Below are positions 57,245 through 64,000 of a stretch of 64,000 nt of DNA, in pieces. The translations under genes and the position numbers were made by a program. The stretch is taken from contig CAWBPM010000002.1 of the NCBI GenBank assembly GCA_963790825.1, positions 295,159-359,158 on the forward strand, written 5' to 3'. How positions within the stretch are numbered: position 1 is the first letter of the stretch; each line of letters starts with the position of its first letter. The stretch comes from Candidatus Levyibacteriota bacterium. GTDB lineage: Bacteria > Patescibacteriota > Microgenomatia > Levybacterales > UBA12049. The notes under the pieces were generated by a model that was not told the origin of the DNA, did no database searches, and saw only the letters and a list, made by a program, of their open reading frames with translations.

Positions 57245-57991
57245 TTAGTTTTGTACTTTTTTGCGCAGAAATAAACCTGAAGACAGTAAAGCCAAACCGT
57301 CCACAAGATAGGAGAGGATAGTAGAACTACTTCCCGTGTATGCCAATGCTGCTACTTCCCGAACCGGACTACCGGAAGAAGACGATGATGAAGAAGATGA
57401 ACCTGATGAGCCGGACGAACTGCCTGAGGAATTATTGGAAGATGAGCCGCTATTTGATTCACTTGACGCTGGAGCAGAAGTCGGGGTTGGCATCGGGGTC
57501 GGCGTCTCGGTCAGTTCTGCAGATTCACTTGCTGTTTCGGATGGGGTCGGCGTGACTTCTTCCGTAGGCGTTAGTGTAGTTTCTGCACTTTCGCAGCTAA
57601 AATTAGAATTTTGCGCCGCATAGGGACCACTGTGTAAACCAAAATTTTCACCTTCTAAAATATACCATCCCTGACTCAGTAAGTCGTTTCTCTGGTCACC
57701 TGTGAGATCTTCTATATACCACCAATTTGTCTGAATTCCCAGACTTCCGTTGTCCGGACAGAAGCATTGTGTAGCCGAATTATCTTCTACCTGGTAAACC
57801 GTGTCTGCTCCGGAATACATTACAGGATCTCCGGCAATTGCGTGCATACCGGTAGAATATTGTGCGATAATATTACCTGTCGGGTTAGTACACGAGGGAA
57901 AATCCGGTTGAGTCCAGGCGAAAACTGCGTGAACTCCAATAACCGTAAAGAGCATGAAACAAGCTGCGGATAGTGCTAAAACCTTTTTCAT
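57245..57991 (-). CDS. Secreted Ser-rich surface protein with a C-terminal LAYTG sorting signal (sortase substrate)
   Basis: Signal peptide, then a Cys-containing domain, then SSESNSGSSSNNSSGSSSGSS, then LAYTG followed by a hydrophobic helix and an RKK tail. Confidence 0.55.
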   Translation of the reverse strand: MKKVLALSAACFMLFTVIGVHAVFAWTQPDFPSCTNPTGNIIAQYSTGMHAIAGDPVMYSGADTVYQVEDNSATQCFCPDNGSLGIQTNWWYIEDLTGDQRNDLLSQGWYILEGENFGLHSGPYAAQNSNFSCESAETTLTPTEEVTPTPSETASESAELTETPTPMPTPTSAPASSESNSGSSSNNSSGSSSGSSGSSSSSSSSSGSPVREVAALAYTGSSSTILSYLVDGLALLSSGLFLRKKVQN

Positions 57992-58093
57992 ATTTATCTT
58001 ATAAATTATCTTTATAGGATTATAACATACTCTTCAGCATTGTCAAGAGCCCAGGAAAGAGCGGGGATTAATTTCAACTTAGACTATTATTTT

Positions 58094-59326
58094 CTATAAG
58101 TGGAAGTAAAAATGAAGATGTTTAAAAAAAGTTGTCAGGAAATTTTCCGGTACTTTAGAAAGCACAATGTTACTATAGCCACCTAACAGTACTGAGTTTG
58201 TCTTTCTATAGTATTTTTGTGCAGAAACTTGAATTGTTATGTGACCCGGCTTATAAGGAGTTGAGACTTTCCCATTTGTATCGGTCAGCATCTTTTGTCC
58301 GGCAATTATTACCTGCGCATTTTTAATAGGGATATTTTTGTTATCAGTCACAATAATTATTGCTCCACGGCCTAAATAAACTTGCTTTATAATTTCGGCA
58401 GCATCCTTGGGTTTATTGTTATCATCCCAAATCGCAGTGGTTCCACCGATATTTACCCAATAATTAACTCCCAAGACATTTGAGTTCATAGCAACGTTTC
58501 GTAAAACGGACTGGATCCAATCGGCCTGTTCGATATCAGTCATATTGCCATTAATACCTGGGATCGGCGCTCCAAATTCTCCCAGCACTATTTTTCCTCC
58601 GCTTTTTTCTCCAATTGTTTGTAAATCCTTAGCCAATTGACTTGGATTTTTTACGTAATGATCGACAACTACCAATCCATCCATTGCCTTAGTTGTCGGT
58701 TTATCCATAACCAGTTTTGCCACATCTCTATTCATAGAAGCGTAGTTTGAACTGACTTGTTTGCCGATTTTGCTAAACGTACTTTTCGTCATCTGATATT
58801 CTTTTATCATAAATTTCCTAAAGCCTGCTGTATCCTTGGTCTCTCTGGGATCACCGGGTCCGCCATTCTCGCACTCCGGACAAGCGGTAAAAATATCACC
58901 GTTTTCAAATAAATCGGGGTTACTGAGAATAAATGCTTGGGTTTTTAGTAAGTGTTGTGAGCGGGTAATTGCCTGGTAGCCAAACCAACCCTCCCATCCG
59001 GACCAATTACCGCGAAACCAGATATGCATGTGGTATTTCCTCGCAGAGACTACCCATTCTTTAAGGACCGGTAAAAATTCCGGGTCATACGGCGTATCAA
59101 TTGCGACATAGTTTGCTCCGGTTTTGGAAATTACTTCCATTTGCTTATCTATTACTTTAGGAAAATCACTATTTCCCAATTCATTTCGAGCCAAATCTCG
59201 GGAATATTTCATTGTATCGATCGATTGAAATTGCCACTGCTTGAGCGGACCCTGAGCGAAAAATGTAGAGGGATGAACTAAAATAAATATAAGTAACAAA
59301 AAAATAATAATAACTATCTGTTTCAT
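58094..59326 (-). CDS. Secreted glycoside-hydrolase-like (TIM-barrel) protein. Hypothetical.
   Basis: Signal peptide. Aromatic-rich WFRGNWSGWEGWFGY. C-terminal beta-sandwich-like tail. Assignment is tentative. Confidence 0.35.
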   Translation of the reverse strand: MKQIVIIIFLLLIFILVHPSTFFAQGPLKQWQFQSIDTMKYSRDLARNELGNSDFPKVIDKQMEVISKTGANYVAIDTPYDPEFLPVLKEWVVSARKYHMHIWFRGNWSGWEGWFGYQAITRSQHLLKTQAFILSNPDLFENGDIFTACPECENGGPGDPRETKDTAGFRKFMIKEYQMTKSTFSKIGKQVSSNYASMNRDVAKLVMDKPTTKAMDGLVVVDHYVKNPSQLAKDLQTIGEKSGGKIVLGEFGAPIPGINGNMTDIEQADWIQSVLRNVAMNSNVLGVNYWVNIGGTTAIWDDNNKPKDAAEIIKQVYLGRGAIIIVTDNKNIPIKNAQVIIAGQKMLTDTNGKVSTPYKPGHITIQVSAQKYYRKTNSVLLGGYSNIVLSKVPENFLTTFFKHLHFYFHL

Positions 59327-59345
59327 AAAAAGATAAAAATAAATC

Positions 59346-60983
59346 TTAGTCTTTTATCTGCGCAAGTATCGGTTTCGTCTCGAGATGTGAGAGATATTGC
59401 GGTTTCAATTGATAAATATCGGCAAAAGGAAATGAGTGAACGAGCGTATAGTCATTGATAAATTCCGGGTTTTTCCCAACGAGCTTAAAGGTTTGATCGC
59501 TAACATCATTTGTACGCATAATTATATATCTCGCCCAATGCATAGGATCCTTTGTTGCGCTGTCCCAGTACACACCTGTTCCCTCATGAATAAAGCGGCT
59601 CATCGGCAAGCCGGATGAGAAAATGATCGCGTCGTGAGATGCGGCAGCAATCAGAACAAATCCAGAGTTGTTGAGGGCGTTTTTATGCAGCCAGCCTGAA
59701 ACTTCGCTAACGTTCTTTTGGCTTGATCCCACTCTGGCATCATCAATAGTTACCGCGTCTCCGTTACTTAATGCAAAAAAAATGTTAAACAAAATTAATC
59801 CGATGAACAAATAGCGCAAATCCTTGAAGCGATGTACTAAGTAGCCGACAAATATCGCGATGCTGGGAGCCATAAGTATTCCGTAGCGGACATTAAACCA
59901 GGTATTTCCGGATATTCCCTGAACAAAGAGCACGGAAAATCCCAGATAAAGAGCAAGGATATTAAAAAATAAAGGTGCAAACAGTGCAGTCATGGCGATT
60001 TTAATATTTGTTTTAATATTTTTATTTACAAAGAAGGCGATAGCCCCAAAAAGTCCCAGGAGTAAAATCGGGAAATATTCATTGTAAGCCAGGGCATAAA
60101 AATACACTTTTGCAGAAAGCAGCATGTTTCCCTTAGTCGCGAGTACCCCGGCTCCGGCCAGTTGCTGTTGCTGCGCATGGGCAGAGTAAGGCCCGAATAC
60201 AAAATACAGAGCATCATGAAAAATAAGTTGATTCCATAAAAACCATAAGGCGATACCGAACCCGGACAGGGTAAAAAACAGGAAAAACATACCTTCGGCC
60301 GCTTTCTTCCCTCTTGCTCTCCAGGTGAGTACAACAACCAGAAAACAAACAAACACGAAGAGGAACCATCCATCGTACCTATTTAATGTCGATAGCATAA
60401 TCCAGAATGCGGATTTAATTAAGTTAAGTAAATTATTACTTTTCTGCCAAAGTAACAATTCATAGACACCGGCCGTCATAGTCGCAATAAGCATGAGCTC
60501 GGTCATTGCGGTCGACTGCATATATAAAACGTTAAGGTTAGCTGCAAAAACAAATACTCCGACAATTCTGGGAAAAAGTGATACACCAAGTTTTTCCAGG
60601 AATTTATAAACCAGGTATCCTGTGGCGACAAATGAAACCATCGATTGTATAGCTCCCGAGAGACCGCTATGCCACATAAAGTCATTCCAGACGGTGAAGC
60701 TGGTAAGAAGATGGGGAAGCGGCAGCCAAACACTTCCTAGTTGTGCCATGCCGGTTTTTAATCCTTCAACTACACGCCGCCCAATATCGAGATGCGACCT
60801 TGCATCATTGTACGACAGCCCCAAGCCATCCAAATAGAACACTATATAACAGCAAATAGAAATTCCTGTCAATAAAATAACGAGTGATAAAAGTGCATAT
60901 TTATTGACAAATTTTTTATTTTTTTGATATATTCTTATCTTGGGTAATTCGAAAAGCATATTGCCATTTTTAATCTTAATCAT
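59346..60983 (-). CDS. Polytopic membrane protein, GT39/ArnT/GT-C-like glycosyltransferase candidate
   Basis: About 12 TM helices with an early loop YNDARSHLDIGRR (D-x-R-S-H after TM1). Confidence 0.4.
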   Translation of the reverse strand: MIKIKNGNMLFELPKIRIYQKNKKFVNKYALLSLVILLTGISICCYIVFYLDGLGLSYNDARSHLDIGRRVVEGLKTGMAQLGSVWLPLPHLLTSFTVWNDFMWHSGLSGAIQSMVSFVATGYLVYKFLEKLGVSLFPRIVGVFVFAANLNVLYMQSTAMTELMLIATMTAGVYELLLWQKSNNLLNLIKSAFWIMLSTLNRYDGWFLFVFVCFLVVVLTWRARGKKAAEGMFFLFFTLSGFGIALWFLWNQLIFHDALYFVFGPYSAHAQQQQLAGAGVLATKGNMLLSAKVYFYALAYNEYFPILLLGLFGAIAFFVNKNIKTNIKIAMTALFAPLFFNILALYLGFSVLFVQGISGNTWFNVRYGILMAPSIAIFVGYLVHRFKDLRYLFIGLILFNIFFALSNGDAVTIDDARVGSSQKNVSEVSGWLHKNALNNSGFVLIAAASHDAIIFSSGLPMSRFIHEGTGVYWDSATKDPMHWARYIIMRTNDVSDQTFKLVGKNPEFINDYTLVHSFPFADIYQLKPQYLSHLETKPILAQIKD

Positions 60984-62646
60984 AGCGAATCTCCTTTTTA
61001 ACCATCACATAATAGGCTAATATTCCTCCTGTTACTCCACAGACTAAAAACACGATAATTGAATAATAGACTACCGGCGTTACTAGCCGGTTGGCAAATG
61101 TCTGATATACAAAAGACTTTGAATTACCGGAAAGTAAATATTCCCAATTTCTTTGATATGTGTATAATTGTGTTGTCCCTGAGATTTTTTCGAGTTCTGC
61201 CACTTGTACTTGCGGAGGAATCGCGCTGGTGGTAATTGCGCCAAGCGTATTAACGGAGATGGAATAAAATGCTGCCAAAATAAATATAGTTAGAAAAATA
61301 TATTTTTTCCGCCAGTATGTTAAAAGCAGAGCAATAAAAATTGAAAGAACCGCATATGCCGGAATAAGATAACGTGATCCAAAAGCCCATCCACCCCATG
61401 GGTCGCCCCACAATTCGTACAATATAACGTTTACAACTATAATTGACGCAAGAAAAACTGACATTTTTACTTTCTTTCTCATGGCTTTAGCCAGACCAAT
61501 TATGCCAAAAAGGACAACCGGTGTGTAAAAAATAATTCCTCTGTCAGGACTTAAAAATTGAATATAAAATCCGTTTAAACTATTTCGGGTATTAAAAAAA
61601 CCTACCGTTGACTGCGCATGCAGACTGGATAAATAGTTAAATGACATTTCTTTTCCTTTTGTAGGATCAACCGGTTTTCCATTCGCATTTATTTGGGCAA
61701 TATTGGGAATAGTTCCCGAAAGTTGTAATGGATTTCCATAGGAAGCGTAATTAAACCAAAGAAGAAATGCTGCCGGGATAATTACAATAATAGTTGTAAG
61801 CACTTTATATATATTTATTTTTACAGCCGGTTTATTCCTAATCTCAGTAAAAGAGATCATTCTCCCTAGCGCAAATAATCCAATGGGAAACATGAAGAAT
61901 ACGTTTGGATAATCCAGAGGAACCGCTAAGGCATAAGAAAAGAAAACAACAAGTAGTGACCAGAGTTTCTGTGATCTTAATAACACATACACGCTTAGTA
62001 ATATTAGGAAGGTTGACATTTGGTGTTCATACAGATCAACAGCGTAGGTAAAAGCAGGTGTTGCGAATAAAAATATCAATGCCCCCACGCTCGCAGCTAA
62101 ACGATTAGCTCTTAGTCGAATCGCAATAAGTCGTATAAGAGCGAAATTAAAGAGAGCAAAAAGTGCTATTACTCCAAATGCTCCGACTTGTGCTGCTCCC
62201 AAAATTTTTCCAATAAGATAGCCTGGAATAATAAGAAAGGATAAAAGGGGAGCGAAAAGAGAAACGTAATTCCCATTTGAATATCCCAGGTCCGGGGTAG
62301 AGAAGCGAGCAATGGGAACTGAAAAATGAAATGATTTGTTTTCTACAATTGAATACATCAACGCATATCTTCCACGCTCCGGAGAGAGTTCGAAAGGACC
62401 GGAGGAGGTCCACTTATTAGTATTTAACTCAACAGCACTAGGATTACCCGGTAATCCACGTAATGATAAGAATAGAATTACAGCGCAAAACAGCAGCAAC
62501 AATGGCCACCATAGTTTACTCCTAAGTATGACATTCAGTATATTAGACAGAAATTTCCTAAAAACTGAAGCATTATCTCTTAATATCCCGAACGAAAATT
62601 TAGGGATACTAAATTTATTAAACTGATTTTTTATTAAAGTTAACAT
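60976..62646 (-). CDS. Polytopic membrane protein (GT-C/DUF2079-like), tandem with the preceding gene
   Basis: 556 aa with more than 10 TM helices. The first extracytoplasmic loop contains ELSPERGRYAL. Confidence 0.4.
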   Translation of the reverse strand: MLTLIKNQFNKFSIPKFSFGILRDNASVFRKFLSNILNVILRSKLWWPLLLLFCAVILFLSLRGLPGNPSAVELNTNKWTSSGPFELSPERGRYALMYSIVENKSFHFSVPIARFSTPDLGYSNGNYVSLFAPLLSFLIIPGYLIGKILGAAQVGAFGVIALFALFNFALIRLIAIRLRANRLAASVGALIFLFATPAFTYAVDLYEHQMSTFLILLSVYVLLRSQKLWSLLVVFFSYALAVPLDYPNVFFMFPIGLFALGRMISFTEIRNKPAVKINIYKVLTTIIVIIPAAFLLWFNYASYGNPLQLSGTIPNIAQINANGKPVDPTKGKEMSFNYLSSLHAQSTVGFFNTRNSLNGFYIQFLSPDRGIIFYTPVVLFGIIGLAKAMRKKVKMSVFLASIIVVNVILYELWGDPWGGWAFGSRYLIPAYAVLSIFIALLLTYWRKKYIFLTIFILAAFYSISVNTLGAITTSAIPPQVQVAELEKISGTTQLYTYQRNWEYLLSGNSKSFVYQTFANRLVTPVVYYSIIVFLVCGVTGGILAYYVMVKKEIRYD

Positions 62647-62649
62647 AAA

Positions 62650-63717
62650 TTATTGTAATTTTTTAAAAAGAAATTCATGGTCACGCGTATTCTTCTCGGG
62701 AAAAATAATTTGCTTCATTCTTCTGAGCAAATTAATCGATTTCCACCATACCATAACCAGCTTATTTTTTGTATAATATAAATCGTAAAGTAAACGGTAA
62801 TCAGATGTAAATTCAAGTTTATAGGTACTGATGCCTCCTCCAAGATCAAGCGTATCAACACCATTTTCTTTTAGACTCTGCAATAAATATAGGAGTATAG
62901 TTTTACCGGGACGTAATTTCCCGTATTCATGCAGATATGCAGTCTGATAAGCAACAAATACTTTCCTGTATAAAAAGCCGAACTGGTAGGCGATAGGTAT
63001 AGTATTGTAATAGAGAAATCCTATCCGAACTAACTGGCTGCAATTTTTACTGATAGTTTGAAAGAAATCCTTTGTTTCTTGCTGTGAGAAAATATCCATT
63101 GAACGCAGTTTTTTTGCGCTGTTCTGTTCCAGGACGAACATCGTGTGCAAATGATTCTGCAGATTTTCAACTCCATTATACATTTTAAATCTAAGTTGAT
63201 CTGGGTTTTTCTTTATTGTGCTTCTGATCTGACTTAGCGTTGACTTTGAAATAGTAAGTAATGGATCTTTCTCCAGATTTACACAAGGGTTGACCGACAT
63301 CAAAGAAAAGAACATATCCGGAAAAATGTCGTGAAGAAGATTTGTAGCCTTACTGTCAACTTTATGTATAAATAAATTTCTTTTCGCAAGTATGTTCCCG
63401 AAAAAATATTTGAATAATTCCCTGTCATATTCTTTTACCAGAAATGCAGTATCAACAAGGAATTTATCACCTAAAACACCCAGGATTTTTATCCCAAAAT
63501 GTCTATCAATATGAAGCGGCAATATTGCGACCAATTCACCATCTCGATAACATACATATAATTCATAGTCAGTTATGTTTCCTGTTTCCAGACATGTTTG
63601 AAACCACTCGTAGGAGTTAAATACGCTTGCGTTCTCAGACTTTTTCCATAACTCCTGCCAATGCGTACTAAGAACCTCATCGAGATTAGTAAGTATTTTT
63701 GCTTGATATTGTTGCAT
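62650..63717 (-). CDS. GNAT-fold acyltransferase of the CelD/BioF2/FemAB-like family (Acetyltransf_6-like)
   Basis: 355 aa. Two-lobed GNAT-like organisation. Lies downstream of two GT-C-like membrane proteins. Confidence 0.5.
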   Translation of the reverse strand: MQQYQAKILTNLDEVLSTHWQELWKKSENASVFNSYEWFQTCLETGNITDYELYVCYRDGELVAILPLHIDRHFGIKILGVLGDKFLVDTAFLVKEYDRELFKYFFGNILAKRNLFIHKVDSKATNLLHDIFPDMFFSLMSVNPCVNLEKDPLLTISKSTLSQIRSTIKKNPDQLRFKMYNGVENLQNHLHTMFVLEQNSAKKLRSMDIFSQQETKDFFQTISKNCSQLVRIGFLYYNTIPIAYQFGFLYRKVFVAYQTAYLHEYGKLRPGKTILLYLLQSLKENGVDTLDLGGGISTYKLEFTSDYRLLYDLYYTKNKLVMVWWKSINLLRRMKQIIFPEKNTRDHEFLFKKLQ

Positions 63718-64000
63718 AATTATTTTCCTATAACCTTTCGTATATTTCGATATGCCATATATATCTTCATATGTTGCTTGAGTAGCTCAAACAAATTATG
63801 TCTTAATATATATATTATTTTTAGATAAAACCGTGCTGCGCTATTTTGAGAAATTACAACTCGATATAACTTTCTATATTCTTTCGAAAACGATCTTTTA
63901 ATTGCTGCATCACCACTTCCGAAATCAAGTTTTTCAACATGAATCGAATTGAGATAATCGATAAGTTTAACTAGAAATACTCGCAGTATAGAATAATTGT

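Noticed and set aside
57336-57623. 95-aa plus-strand ORF (Asp/Glu-rich) opposite the Ser-rich region of the LAYTG protein
   Set aside because: Antisense translation of a (GGA/AGA)n-like Ser-coding repeat. No independent support.
1-64000. CRISPR array
   Set aside because: No regularly spaced short direct repeats with unique spacers. The repeats present are irregularly spaced intergenic elements of 30-95 nt.

Overview
AT-rich, gene-dense 64 kb window from a bacterium. The sortase with a LAYTG substrate, UppP, a D-Ala-D-Ala carboxypeptidase, many small membrane proteins and a tRNA-Leu with encoded CCA suggest a monoderm, possibly CPR/Patescibacteria-like organism (inference only). Bases 1 to about 29,900 look like a composite mobile/accessory island. 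It holds an AbiEi/AbiEii pair flanked by ~95-bp direct repeats. It also holds a type IV secretion/conjugation-like module: M23 peptidase, a VirB4 ATPase split into two overlapping ORFs, a VirB3-like protein, a VirB6-like protein with an N-terminal pilin-like domain, and a VirB2-like pilin. A large secreted NHL-repeat protein is transcribed divergently from this module. About 9 kb of short, mostly minus-strand cargo genes follow: Doc/AbrB and Phd/PIN toxin-antitoxin pairs, a KGG stress protein, a GNAT-like protein, tandem paralogs and a DUF2958 gene with a truncated paralog. These cargo genes are separated by a mosaic family of conserved intergenic hairpin+box elements. Next come a replication-relaxation-like wHTH protein, a VirD4 coupling protein, and a BrnTA / PLD-nuclease / BrnTA / XRE block, ending next to tRNA-Arg. 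No integrase, relaxase, CRISPR array or rRNA is seen. The right half (29.9 to 64 kb) is mostly envelope and housekeeping-like genes: an AI-2E transporter, an SGNH hydrolase, a large polysaccharide deacetylase, a phosphodiester glycosidase, a TPR/PMT-like membrane protein, a histidine kinase, a dacA-like gene, an EEP nuclease, UppP, an RND pump with its adaptor, a sortase with a LAYTG substrate, and membrane glycosyltransferase-like proteins with a CelD-like GNAT. Interspersed are tRNA-Gly, tRNA-Pro, tRNA-Leu and small insertions (a Fic-HTH protein, a second PLD paralog, and a frameshifted membrane gene at ~20% GC). Short motifs copied from the 3-prime ends of tRNA-Arg and tRNA-Leu recur upstream of accessory genes; they look like attachment-site scars or a shared regulatory module.
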